Source: Octopus vulgaris
Lineage: Eukaryota
DNA: 64,000 nt
Assembly (NCBI GenBank): GCA_951406725.2
Contig: OX597815.1
Span: 147,932,001-147,996,000, forward strand
Direction of reading: 5' to 3'
The notes beneath the pieces were generated by a model. That model did no database searches, was not told where the DNA came from, and saw nothing but the letters and a program-made list of their open reading frames with translations. The number at the start of each line of letters is the position of its first letter. Positions within the stretch are counted from its first letter, which is position 1. Of the stretch, positions 1-12,645 are shown piece by piece. The position numbers and the translations under genes were made by a program.

Positions 1-633
1 AATTATTATCATTCACCCAAGTTACTAGCTTCATTTGCATAATCATTTTCATTATTTCATTATTATAACAATCATCACTATCATTATCATAATCAGCAGT
101 ACAAATTATTATCGGCATTTTCATCATGGTTATTACCATATTTCAGAACATAACCTGTCATCATTTCAGTTCCCTATTGTAGCATAATTTTTTTGGTTTC
201 AAGAACAATGTTCATAATGAAGAATATTGCGAGGACTATGCATATTATATATGCAAATTATACTATCAAATTATCTTCCATTAAATTTAGCAGCATCGCA
301 CTATCTCTTAATGAAGCGGCTGTAATACCTATCCTACTGAGGGATGGCGCACGTGATTGTGTTTTTACATCATATCGTTATATCTTGCAGTATTGCATAA
401 CTGTTTCAATGAATGCTTAATGGAATATAACTTCTAACTCATTTCTGCAGTAATATGTATTGTGTTTTGGTGTAGAAATGAAAGGTAGAAATGAGATATT
501 TTAAAATTAATAAAATGATGTAAAAAAAAAAAAGCGGTAGATTGCCAAATTCAGTTGAGTATAGAACTTATTGCATTGTAGTGACAAGAAAATCTTAAGG
601 TAACTGAACAACAGGAGGTTCTCAGACAAGAAA

Positions 634-680
634 CCTGCTCATGCAAGTGTATTAGCCCTGCTCATGCAAGTGTATTAGCC
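634..680. repeat. 23-bp tandem duplication
   Basis: CCTGCTCATGCAAGTGTATTAGC occurs twice head-to-tail. Confidence 0.9.
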
Positions 681-1224
681 CAAAGTAAAGTGGCTTGGTC
701 GCATAGAGCTCATTATTCCTCGGTGTCCCTTTGCTGACACTTTTTAAAAACATCTATGTATCGTCGAGCTGCGCACCTTAGTTGTTTTGGGTTGTTTTTT
801 TTTTCCAGAATCTCACTGAAACTATTCTTTGAAATTGATTTCTCTGTTTTTCCTTTTTCGTTAAAAACGTTTTTTAAGTATATGTCCTGAAAATCTGTTT
901 ATGCAATCAAGTGAAATATCTTTCATATTTGTTACACGTTCAATCAGTTAATTCTGTGTGAGCCTCTCTACTAACATCGCGAAGGAATATAATTCCTTGT
1001 TCTATTTCTTTCATATTTATCTTATTGCATCTCAAAGAGTCAACTTGTTTATTGTAATCTATTTTAAAAAGGCTAAAACCACTGTTTGCTACTTCAGCCG
1101 CTTATCATTTTAATGCACATGTAAAAGAGGAGTATAATTCTGAGATTATTCCCATGTAGTATTGAAATATCTCAGGTGAACAGTAAGAAGGCGCATTGAA
1201 AAGTAATTCTTATAATGCAAGGAA

Positions 1225-1777
1225 CGAGGGAGAGTGAAAAAGTAACGCCATTTTCTTTAGAACATGTGTAATTACCAACACAGGATTATGTATCATACAT
1301 CAGAATTAAGCCTATTATGGGTTTATTGTTTCTTTTTTTGGCAGGAAATCGACCAGAATGACACCATGAGCATCCCAAAAGACAGTCGCAATGATTTTCC
1401 TGCTGACTTTTGCGTCTTGAACTTTTTCGGTGTTGGTGACGTATAGTGACGCCGTTCCATTGACAGACTCATTGAATCCGGTTCATGATGATGAACCTAT
1501 ATTTCATCACTTGTTACGTGCCTTCGAAAAAAGGTGTTGTCAACTTGACTTTGAAGTGAAGAGATGGCTCAAATAACATTCAACAGAATTTTACGGGGCA
1601 GAGATACATGTGCTCATTCGAAGATGGAATATTGCTATTGATAGAAACGCTGACTATGTTGAGTAGTAGAGATGTGATCTACAGAGAACCAGCATCATTT
1701 TGATATATGATACATGTCCTGCGTTGGGAATTATACCTGTCCTACAAAAAATGGCATTACTTCTTTACTCAACTTCA
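1225..1777. mobile_element. Deleted, rearranged mariner (Tc1/mariner) element
   Basis: Imperfect TIRs (GAGTGAAAAAGTAACGCCATTTT near 1232; AAAATGGCATTACTTCTTTACTC near 1748). Plus strand ~1580-1670 reads EFYGAEIHVLIRRWNIAIDRNADYVE*, a mariner C-terminus. Minus strand ~1330-1515 reads TSDE..VHHHEP..SPTPKKFKTQKSAG / IATVFWDAHGVILVDFL. Confidence 0.85.
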
Positions 1778-2034
1778 TATTATAAATAACAATTAAAGAA
1801 TGTTAAACTCTATGTATTTTAAAAAAATACTTTCTTCAACGGTACTGCATATATAATAATATATGCTTAAAGAAAGATGTTTTCCCGTAACAGATCAGCT
1901 ATTCATATTTGTAACTGCCAGAATGTATCGAATATGATCAGATACGCTATCACTCGACTACACGCTGTTCTGAATGCACAGTAGTCATTATTTTCTGTTT
2001 AGAAGTCATGACTACGCAACAGGATATAGTGTTT

Positions 2035-2076
<42 letters not shown>

Positions 2077-3798
2077 GCACACACACATACACACAAACAC
2101 GTGCACGATTCAAGTGAGATTAAATTGATCTAAAACAGTATCGGGATTTAATAGAATTATATTAAATGGTTACTATACACATTTTACCTCTAGTCTAATA
2201 TACGCTGTATATCCACAAAACTGGTAGGTTTCAAATGGAGAATTATCTGTAAATCATTTTATAATGTCCTAGCTTTGCGTAAGTTACACATATTCTAATT
2301 AAATATTTAGATAATTTGCCCTGCATGAGTCATATAAATAACCAGTCTCGCAATGTTTTGATATTGTAGATCCATTTTTTAAAATTCATGTTCAGTATAA
2401 TAAAAGTATAACTAAAGCAAGCTTTAGGAAATAGTTTTCTTTCACCATATTTTTTTTCAAAATTATCGTTTCACTGTGAATTGCTCATATATCCTATACA
2501 TTATTCACTACTGCGTAATGAACTGCATGATTTTCACTGCGTAAAATATATGTTGTGTGCTTTCTACATTTCTGTTGGCAAACTTTCACTGCTTCGTGGT
2601 TTTTGAAGGTGTTATTTTGTTTTTAAAACAAGGCAATGCCATGACTATTGACTCGATTTTATTGGAAACTATATATCGTTGTTTATAATGCTGTTCTCTT
2701 TTATATGACGTTAATATAACAAATGTTATGCATTTTCTGGACGAGTATAAATAAATAAAATTCTATTCCTGATTGGGAGACCGAAATTGACCAATATTCA
2801 ACGCTTTGGCTTCTCTCATGTGGATATTTCTGTGATTGATGGAATTCTATGTATCAGTTGAATTTCACAAAAGTCAGACTTTGCATACATAAAGAAATTA
2901 ATTACAATTTACAAGTAATATATGAGATACCACCTTGAATTTACCATACGATTTTGATATTTGCTTGGTTGAAAAAAATATTTAACTATTCATATGAGAT
3001 TTATTTTAACATAACAAGTTGTAAACATTAATCTTATGTTCATAAAGCTCATATATATTTGAAAAGCGGTAGTGATTTGCATATAAAATCACCTGTAGAA
3101 AAGGGTTATCCAGTATTTTGATACATACACCAGTAAATATGAACATATTTCCTGCTGTAACTAGACAAAATTACACGTTAGATTTCTAATGATGTTCATG
3201 GTCGTGTAGAGTGTATGTTTATAAACACCGTATACACTTGGTACTTCATTCGAATGGGATATATTATTGGTCGATGTAATCCTCAACGAATTCATGCGCG
3301 TAGATGAATTCTCACAGTACTCAAATACTGGAGGCGATGTTAACGGCTGACCGACACCCATCACAATTTCTGACTAGCTGCCTAAATTAGAAATCCTTTT
3401 GTTATCCTTTTGTTATATTGTATTCATTTTTATATTATTTACTATTTCACAGCACAAATCTCTTTCGTTTCTGCTTCTGATTTTGAAATTAACTTCCTTG
3501 AAATAGATGTATGGTTTCTTTTTTTTTTTGTTTGTTTTGCAGCCGAGTTGAAGAATATGCTCAACGAAAGAATATGTGAGACACAAAGCATTTCGTCATG
3601 CGTTCATATGCAAACATTTAAGAAACACCTAAATTTATTTCAAATTCTGATTCGATTTACACAAAATTTGATTTTAAAATATTTCAGGAATTCTAAATAC
3701 ACAATGCAATAAACAGGCCTTTCATCATTTACTCCAAATTACGGAAAATTAAAATGTTGATACTATGTATATTTCATAGCACGCTACATCTATGTATT

Positions 3799-4560
3799 CT
3801 TTTCTACTCAAGGCACAACCCTGAAATCCTAAGGGAGGGGCTCAGTCAATTAAATCGACCCCAGTACGCAACTGGTGCTTGATTTATCGACCACAAAATC
3901 ATGAAAGGCACAGTCGACCTCGGCAGAGTATGAGCACAGAACGCAAACATAGACAAAATACCGTTAAGCATTTCGCCCAGCGTGCTAACATTTCTGCCAG
4001 CTCGTCGCCTTGGATCGAACCCAATACGCGATTGGTACTTAATTTATTGACGCCGAAAGGATGAAAGGCAAAGCCGACTTCGGCGGAATTTGAACTTAGA
4101 ACGTAAAGACAGATCAAATACATATTTCTTTACTACCCACAAGGGTCTAAACTCAGAGAGTCCAAACAAGGACAGACAAACGAAGTAAGTCGATTATATC
4201 GACCCAAGTGCGTAACTAGTACTTATTTAAGCGACCACGAAAGCATGAAAGGCAAAGTCGACCTCGGCGGATTAGGAGCTCAGAACACAAAGACAGATGA
4301 AATACCTATTTCTTTATTACCCACAAGCGGCTAAACACAGAGAGGACAAACAAGGAGATTAAGTCGATTACATCGACCCCAGTGCGTAACTGGTACTTAA
4401 TTTATCGACCCCGAAAGGATAAAAGGCAAAGTCGACCTCGGCGGAATTTTGAACTCAGAACGTAACGGCAGACGAAATACGGCTACGCATTTCGTCCGGC
4501 GTGCTAACGTTTCTGCCAGACAGATGAAATACCGTTAAGCTTTTCGCCCGCTCGCCGCCT
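3799..4560 (-). mobile_element. Tandem multimer of SINE family S2 (about 4 partial units) within a 16-bp TSD
   Basis: Repeated reverse complement of TTCTGAGTTCAAATTCCGCCGAGGTCGACTTTGCCTTTCATCCTTTCGGGGTCGATAAATTAAGTACCAG. The central block resembles the MetaSINE domain (from memory). Flanked by GCTACATCTATGTATT at 3783 and 4563. Confidence 0.85.
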
Positions 4561-4859
4561 TAGCTACATCTATGTATTAAAGCTGCTCTACCTGCAAATC
4601 TATCAATGTGTATTGCCGTATGTCTGTCTACATAATGTTCAATAAAGAAACAAAAAAAATTGCACATAAAATATCCTAATTTTAAATGAAGTGTGAAATA
4701 ATGTATCATGCTTTGGATGATTCGGTTCTATATATATATATCTACTGATTCAGATATAACAGATACATCTTCGTTATAAAGTTTGAAGAAAATTGCCATG
4801 TTTACCCGTGGGGATGCTAAATGCGTAAAGGTGACATGAGTGCCACTCAAACGAATTCG

Positions 4860-4963
4860 TGATGATAATGATGATGATAATGATGATGATGATGATAATG
4901 ATGATGATAATGATGATGATGATAATGATGATGATAATGATGATTGTGATAATGATGATGATA

Positions 4964-5001
<38 letters not shown>

Positions 5002-5436
5002 AATGATGATGATAACAATGATGATGATGTTTGGGGGAGGAGGAGAAGAGGGGTGGAAAATGAGGACGAGGTGGCGGTGGTGAATGAGAAGGAGATAGTG
5101 GAGGTGGAGGAGATGGTGGGGGAGGGAGATGGGGAGGAAGACGACGACAACGACGAAGACGCTGATTGTTTAAACCGAAAAGACTGTCGGATGCCTTCAT
5201 TAAATTTAGAATATGAGAATTTCTAATTTTCTTTGTCAGCATGATATCTGTTATCATTTTGGGTATAATAAGGACAGAAGAGTAGCAACACACTCCATCC
5301 ACTCTGACAAGCGTAATCACGATCACCATCATCATAATTTCCCTGATGATGATCATCATCGTCACCACTACCACCACCACCACCATCCTCCCTCTCCTCC
5401 TCCTCCGCCTCATCATCATCATCATCATCATCACCA
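4860..5436. repeat. (GAT/AAT)n and (CAT/CAC)n low-complexity tracts
   Basis: Trinucleotide repeats; they explain the poly-D/N, poly-S, poly-H and poly-M ORFs. Confidence 0.95.
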
Positions 5437-7076
5437 CGGTCACTAATGTGTTATCAATTTCCCTGCATCTGCATCTTTCTACATGTAAAATGTCCATTTT
5501 GACATCCTTCTTTGTGCTTTTAAACACTTGCTTAATATTTTAGAATTAAATACCATTTTATGTTTTCTTGTAACTAAAAATTTATATTGGCTTGATCACG
5601 AACATCTTGACCAGAGGGACTCTTGAATTTCCTAAAGATTACCTGCTTGTGGAAAATCAGAATGAAACACGACGAGATTTAACTGTGGCCTTAGTGAAAT
5701 AATATCATTTTTGCAACGTTGTATTTTCCATTAAAAGAAAGACAATATATAAATTATAATAGTAATAAGGTTCGCCATCGAAACATTTATTCCTTTCCTA
5801 TATTATTATACATTATATTATTATGAAGGTAACTTTGTTACTTGTATTTATGATTGATGTAAAACCACGGCCATCTAACGTACTTGATATCATTAATGCA
5901 TGTACATGTGTGTTTCTTGTGCTTGGTGTGTATGTGGATGTACATATACTTATTACAGTGCTTATACAAGCATTAGTTCGAATTTTAATTGGTCCCTTAA
6001 GAGCGTCGAAAGAAAAACATCGTTGAAACGAAGGCTTGTTAAATAGCAATATACATGCATGCATTTAATGTTTCCAATTATAGTTTACTGCAATAAATTT
6101 CAGCTCAGAGAATTGAAATATTAACGAGAACAGAACAGCATGATGATGCAAAGAATTCAATCTATATGTTGTTCATTAAAGTGGCATTATGCGAATTAAA
6201 TCTTTGAAGAAAACGTGCTGAGGAGAAAACGGAAGAATTTGCAAAGTAAATCCTGAATGCAATGAATAATTTTATAGATAATTTTTATTGTTTTAGTTTT
6301 ACGAAATGTTTCTCATAATTTATGCTACGGGTTCTTCCTTAAAATGTAGCACCCACAGTAGATTTATATATTTTCTCAGTTTGCTTTTTTTTAGATAAGA
6401 AAACATATGCGACTGATGGGTTAAGACGGTGAAAGTCTACAAAAAATGTGTATATATATATATATGTATATATTAGAACAAAATTGTACAGCATACGCGA
6501 AAATTATAAGTAGCTTTCGTACAAGGGCAAGTTACATAGAACAAATTTTGAATACATGTGCAGTAAGTGACATCTACGACACGAAGGGAATTGAAGCGTA
6601 AGAAATTGTGTACGTAATTTAATCATTTTCAAAATATCTTACACGCGTCTATGACAAATTGTTGGTCTATCTCTCTTTCCATTTACATTAAGCAAAAGCT
6701 GTTCTGCAAAAGCAGAATCAGAATAGGCAATGATGTTAAGCGTGTATTTATGAAGTTGTCAAAATATGTCACGAGAGAATATTTGCTTGTCCTCATGTTA
6801 TTGCATTTGAGTGCTATTAGGAAATGGATTTTAAAGTATGCGTAGCATACACACACACAAACACACAAACACATGTAGTGTTTGTGTAGCAAAGTCATCA
6901 TTTTTGTGAGCAGAGTCTACGTGATATGAGTTTGACAGGTACAAATTTAGGAACAAATCGTGGCTATGGTACAGGTGTTGCAATCAATCAAAATCCTACA
7001 ATTTCTGCAAAGCATTGGCTTACTGACAGTAATTACAGCTGAATACATGAAATAATTACATAAAGTACTGTGATAC

Positions 7077-7113
<37 letters not shown>

Positions 7114-7702
7114 AACGTATGCATGCATATATGTGTACGTATGTATGTATGGATATATATATATATATGTTATGCGTATATATATACTTACATAATACAC
7201 ATACACTCACACACACACACATACACAGATATATATATATATAATAGAAATGAAGAAAACGTTTGATCAACAAACAATTGCCGCAATTTCGACCACCGGT
7301 TTGACGCTCTATGGCGATCAGAACTGGACTCATTAGTCGTCATGACTGAGAACGAAAGTCGCCATAAGAGTAGCACTATATTTATTTCTGTACTTCTGAA
7401 TGATCTCAGAACCCACGCAGCTTTTCGCCAGCGCAGTGAAACTATGGAAACTTGTATATGTATATCTTACTATAGTAATGGGACGATAAACTTATATGGG
7501 TGGATTTAGTTGATGGAAACTGAAAGAAGAGTATAGTATATATATACAACGGTGTGTATGTGTATGTGAGTGTGCATAAGTGTATCACTTGAGACTATAT
7601 ATATGATCTGAATAATAATAATAATAATAATAACAACAACAACAACAACAACATAAAAAAATACCTTTTAGAATGAGAACCTAGGTTCGAAATTTCCCTA
7701 AG

Positions 7703-7752
7703 ATACCTGACCTGCTGAAGGCTGGAGGGTATATCAGTCGAAACGATGTGTT
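7703..7752 (+). ncRNA. Degenerate type-I hammerhead motif
   Basis: CTGCTGA-A-GGCTG(gagggtatat)CAGTC-GAAAC-GAT-GTGT. Stem II is present, but A6 and the cleavage triplet are mutated. Confidence 0.45.
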
Positions 7753-7985
7753 AACAGCAAAAAAGAATGAGGACAAATTTCCGTCAAATGTAAATAATGT
7801 AAATAATGTGCATGCCTCCTCATCGCTTAAATATAGAACTGTACAGAGATAAGCTTTAAAAATAGAATACCGCACTGTCAGTATTGTTTGTATTTATGTA
7901 TACATTTACGACAGGTCATAACTTGCAGGCACCGAAGACTGAAGAGTATTGAAAATTAATAAACTTATTAATAAACTTATATATA

Positions 7986-9162
7986 CAGGGGATGGACAAA
8001 ATAATGGAAACACCTAGCATCATAGCATCATAATTTTGAGATATCTATAAAACCGTCAAAAGTTTGTTTATTTTTATGTTTTTCGATTTATTATTAATGC
8101 TGCTTAATATGTTTTGCTAAAATTGCTGTTTCCTTTCAGATATCATCAGAAAAAGGTAATTAAGATTCATTCTAATGAAATAACAGATCTATCAGACTTT
8201 CAAATATGTCAAATTGTTGGTACTCGAACGACAGGCGCTAGCGTAACGAAAGCAGTGTATCAAGAAGTATTGTCTCGAAAGTAATAACAGCTTTTGAGAA
8301 AGAGGGAAAAATCTCCTCGTCGAAACCAAATTCACAAAGAAAACCAAAATTTTCAGATAGGGAACGTCGGACTCTTACGTGAATTGTTAGGAAGGATCCC
8401 AAATATACAGGTCGTAAAATTACTGCAGACTTTAATGACCACCTCGAGTATCCAGTTTCCATAAAAACTGTTCGCCAGGAGCTACAGAAAGCCGGATTTC
8501 AAGAAAGGGCTGCATTTATAAAACCACAACTTAAAAAAAAAATTGCAAACTTTTTAGAGTGGAGTAAAATCCTATAGAATGAGTCCCTAGAGCAGTGGAA
8601 GTGTTATTTTTACAGGCGAGTCATCCTTTACCTTATTTCCGACCACCGGCCGAGTATACGTGTGGAGACGGAAAAGAAGCATTTGACCCAGACTGCTTTC
8701 GTCGAACTGCTAAAAAAGGAGCAAGAGCTGTAATGATTTGGCCGGCTATATCCTGGAAATCCACCGTCCCAATGGTTTCCTTTGATGGGAGAATTAATAG
8801 GCAAGACTATTTAAGCATTTTATCTGATCAAATTCATCCTGTGATTGCGGAAATGTTTCCGGAGGGAAATTAAATATTTCAGGATAATAATAGACCAATT
8901 CACACAGCTAGGGCCGCTACTGAATGGCACGAGTAACATTCTAGTGAAGTTGAGCATCTTATCTGGCCAGCACAGTCCCCAGATCTCAATATTATTGAAA
9001 ATTTATGTTGCATTTTAGAAAATCATATAAGGAGTCGATATCTTCCACCATGATCACTATAAGAACTAGAGACTGTTTAAACTGAAGAATGCATAAAAAA
9101 TTCATTTGGAAATAATTCAAACTTTGCACGAGTCCATACCTCGTAGAATTCAACCTGTAATA
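7986..9162 (+). mobile_element. Tc1-family transposon, decayed transposase, 3' TIR missing
   Basis: TA|CAGGGATGGACAAAATAATGGAAACACC terminus; DLSDFQ..QIVG.R N-terminus; VMIWPAISW; WPAQSPDLNIIENL near 8965-9005; SIPRRIQPVI near 9130. Multiple stops and frameshifts. Confidence 0.9.
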
Positions 9163-9247
9163 TGTGTGTGTGTGTTTGAGTGTGAGTGTATTTGTGTGTG
9201 TATGTATGTATGTATGTATGTATGTATGAATGAATGAATGTATATAG

Positions 9248-9350
9248 GTGTAGGTGCGGCAGTGTCTAAGAAGATTGTTTCGTAACCACAGTGTTCCGTG
9301 TTCAGTACCTTTGCGTGGTACCTCGGGCAAGCGTCTACAGCCGTGGGGTC
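9248..9350 (+). mobile_element. Degraded SINE S1 5' fragment
   Basis: AACCACAGTGTTCCGTGTTCAGTACC..GTGGTACCTCGGGCAAG is similar to the 14973 copy. Confidence 0.6.
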
Positions 9351-9371
9351 CGTTATATACATATATAATCA

Positions 9372-9597
9372 CAGCGTGGAAGGTGTTTCTAAGCCATATA
9401 AAAACACACAAAAACCGTTAGCACGGAATTTTTCAGTCATCAGATCACAGTGGCAAATTGAATTTAAATTTCGATGTGAATCTAACGGCTTTTGTGTGTT
9501 TTTAAATGTCTTACAAATACCTTCCATGCTGCAATTGTTTTCGTTTGCAGCATACGATGTCAGATCTGGTCACTTGCTATGAATGTACATCCCCGTA
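9372..9597 (-). mobile_element. Fold-back element, family B (second, shorter copy)
   Basis: Inverted arms CAGCGTGGAAGGTGTTT..AAACACACAAAAACCGTTAG and its complement; homologous to 13765-14113. Confidence 0.75.
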
Positions 9598-9949
9598 ACA
9601 ATAACAACAATAATAATAATAATGAATATAAATATATATACATAGCAGATAGATAGGTAGATATACACATCAATATGTATGTGCTTGTGTTTGGACTTGT
9701 CTTCACACCACTTTCCACCACTTAAATTCCATCTAGTTATTTGAGAAAGGTTATGTAACGATGTATGTCTGTAATATCAGACATTTCATTGAATTACAGT
9801 AATTAAAAATAAATTAAAAACAATTACGATATTTCCTGTCTAAGGCCGTTTACGATCGCTCTAATTTATCTGAAATGACATTCCTATAGCAATTGCATAC
9901 GAAGCAGATATTCTAGCACTAAATACATATTGTTATCCTTCCCAAGTGA

Positions 9950-10288
9950 AGGCGCAATGGCCCAGTGGTTAGGGTAGCGGACAGATCGGGGCGTTGTGTG
10001 TGTTTATGGAGCAAAAACATCTAAAGCTCCACGAGGCTCGGCAGGGGTTGGCGACAAACCCTTCTATAGTCTTTCACCACAACTTTCTCTCACTCTGTTT
10101 CTGCTGTACCTGTATTTCAAAGGGCCAGCCTTGTCACAATCTGTGTCACACTGAATTTCTCCGAGATCTACGTTAAGTGTACACATGTCTACGGAGTGCG
10201 TAGCCACTTACACTTTAATTTAATGAGCAGGCTGTTCCGTAGATCAGATCAACTGGAACACTCATCGTCGTAACCGAAGGAGAGCCAC
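9950..10288 (+). mobile_element. tRNA-derived SINE S3, tail type a
   Basis: A-box-like GGCGCAATGGCCCAGTGGTTAGGG head; 9-bp TSD GTTATCCTT at 9932 and 10289. Confidence 0.85.
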
Positions 10289-10483
10289 GTTATCCTTACA
10301 AAAAAATCTAGTCCCATCATGTCATGATATGTTTAGGAAGCTAAGCTATTTTAGTGTCGGAAAACTAAATGTTAAGTAACGTAATATAATCATATGGCAT
10401 TGCAATTGTCGTCCGATACCTTAACTGCAATGAATATTTGCATATATATTCTTAACACATGAAGGCAGGTTAAGGCGCCAAAT

Positions 10484-10545
10484 ATATTGGGTTGACCGGA
10501 AAGTTCGTGCCGATTTATAGTAGCTTAGATTTCTACCGATTTTAG
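10484..10545 (+). mobile_element. Possible mariner/MITE terminus
   Basis: TA|TTGGGTTGACCGGAAAGTTCGTGCCGATTT resembles mariner TIRs; no partner TIR seen. Confidence 0.4.
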
Positions 10546-11031
10546 AACATGGTTGGGTCCAAGGCTACTGTACAGGAATTTAATCACTTCAGAGTTAGAA
10601 TAACTCAGGGCAATGTAATAAATTCTAATCGTCTTAAGAATTTGTAAAAATGAATACTGTTTCATAAAATCTCCCGGTGAAACCATAAGTATTCGTTTCA
10701 AAACGGTGATATATTCCGTATATATCAATATGTCTATATTAAATTTCTAGAAAATTCTAGATTCCAAAGATGTATTCTGTAGTCAGTAATTAACGAGATA
10801 ATCTTGTTTAGAAGGTAAGCAGTCTTCGGTGAATTCTACTTACCTATGTCTCATATGATATAAGTAGTTATAAAAGTAAGATATACAGAATAATGAAGAT
10901 AAAATCACTGGATCTATATTTGTCAGAATCTCAACAAGAGGAAAAATGTATACAGAATTAAATGAATAGGCCTGCTGTGTCTTACATTCAAAAGTACTTG
11001 AAACTGAATGTGTGCGCGTGCATTTACATAA

Positions 11032-11035
<4 letters not shown>

Positions 11036-11068
<33 letters not shown>

Positions 11069-11105
11069 GAGAGAGAGAGATTATATATATATTTATACAT
11101 ACATA

Positions 11106-11165
<60 letters not shown>

Positions 11166-11281
11166 GTTTGTTTGTCTATATATGACAGTGTGTATATTTG
11201 TACGTGTGTATTTTTGTATATACTCTTATATATATATATATATATATAAATATATATATATTTATAAATATATATATAAAT

Positions 11282-11368
<87 letters not shown>
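11036..11368. repeat. (TA)n/(GA)n compound microsatellite
   Basis: Direct reading. Confidence 0.95.
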
Positions 11369-11370
<2 letters not shown>

Positions 11371-11399
11371 TGAGTGTATTTTTACCTTGCTAACAATTA

Positions 11400-12150
11400 A
11401 CACGGAAAAATAAATAAATAGTTGACAGGGCAGCAAAAATCTCACAAGTAAAGGTGTTGTAACTCCTTGTTTATAAAGGTAGAAACTTCGTGTTTACGTT
11501 TAATATTTTGAATAATATGAATAAAAAATGGAGTTAACGCAGGTGTAATCAAATATTTTTACTTTCGACACATGTTTCAAAAATTCCACTGATACTATTC
11601 AAAAGAATAAATGATATAAAGAATGCAATCTTCTCCTCAGGAAAGTGAAAAATAAGAAACTCGTCAATAAGACATTTTAGCAAAAAATTATGGATTTGTA
11701 TAGCGATAGACAGAACGCTATTAATATTGTTTAAAAAAACGTTATATGACATAACGTCATAAGTAGCTAACAGAAAGAGTAGGGATATTAATAGTGAATG
11801 TTAAATATAAAGGAAATTAAAGTTTAAATTATATATAATGATAGAGACTACTTATATGCACTAAATGTATGTTTTTGCCAATGCTTACATCTGTATGCTC
11901 GCTCTATAACCGTGTTTACTAGAGTATTTTTAGAAAAAATAATAAAAAATTGCTCAGAATTGCAGAGAAAACAGAATTTCTTGCCTTTGTCATATGGTAC
12001 CGAAATTGAGAGATTCAACCATTCTAAATGAAATTGTTCATTGTGGTCTTTTAAATCCCAAATCAGTTTGCTGAGACCGGTACTATTCCGTTTATTTCTA
12101 TCCCTAAATGTTGAGTAATATTTGATTACACCTGCGTCAACTCCATTTTA
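11400..12150 (-). mobile_element. HHR-bearing PLE-like element, family A, copy 1
   Basis: Inverted ~35-bp repeat (11522-11557 vs 12117-12150). Body rc 11850-11915 matches 16944-17010. Contains an HHR and is flanked by (TA)n. Confidence 0.7.
11561..11646 (-). ncRNA. Type-I hammerhead ribozyme motif, intact core
   Basis: Minus strand: ACTTTC-CTGAGGA-GAAGATTGCA..TGGAATTTTT-GAAAC-ATGT-GTC-GAAAGT. Perfect 6-bp stem I, CUGANGA, GAAA and a GUC cleavage triplet. Confidence 0.8.
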
Positions 12151-12151
12151 T

Positions 12152-12202
<51 letters not shown>

Positions 12203-12204
<2 letters not shown>

Positions 12205-12600
12205 TGGTTGTGTGGTAAGTAGCTTGCTTAACGATTACATGGTTCCCAGTTCAGTCCCACTGTGTGCCATCTTGGGCAAGTGTATTCTACTATAGCCTAG
12301 GGCCGACCAAACACTTGTCAGTGGATATGGTGGACAGAAGTTGAAATAAGCCCGTCGTATATATGTATATGTATACAGATATGTGTGTGTGTGCGCGTGT
12401 GTATCTGTGTTTGTCCCCCACCAACATCGTTTGACAACCGACGCTGGGGTGTTTAAGTCCTCGTAACTGAGCGGTTCGGCAAAAGAGCCTTATAGAATAA
12501 GTACTAAGCTTACAAAGACGTCCTGGGGTCGATTTGCTCGACTAGAGGTGGTGCTCCAGCATGGCCGCAAACAAATGACTGAAACAAGCAAAAGAGTAAG
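12203..12600 (+). mobile_element. tRNA-derived SINE S1, near full length
   Basis: GTGGTTGTGTGGTAAG..GGTTCCCAGTTCAGTCCCA head, CTTGGGCAAG (CORE-like), internal microsatellite, CAGCATGGCCGC..GACTGAAAC tail. Confidence 0.9.
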
Positions 12601-12645
12601 GTGTATATAGGTATATTTCTATATATGTGTGTGATAGATAGGAAT

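Noticed and set aside
3161-3381. Minus-strand ORF or terminal exon
   Set aside because: No homology recognised and no linked exons.
3799-4560. CRISPR-like repeat array
   Set aside because: Eukaryotic SINE multimer; no unique spacers or cas genes.
4728-5543. Longest ORFs (poly-S, poly-D, poly-H/P, 226 aa)
   Set aside because: Overlapping ORFs on both strands arise from trinucleotide repeats that lack stops.
10844-11003. Minus-strand exon ending in AG|GTAAGT
   Set aside because: Poor acceptor, unrecognisable peptide; such donors arise by chance.
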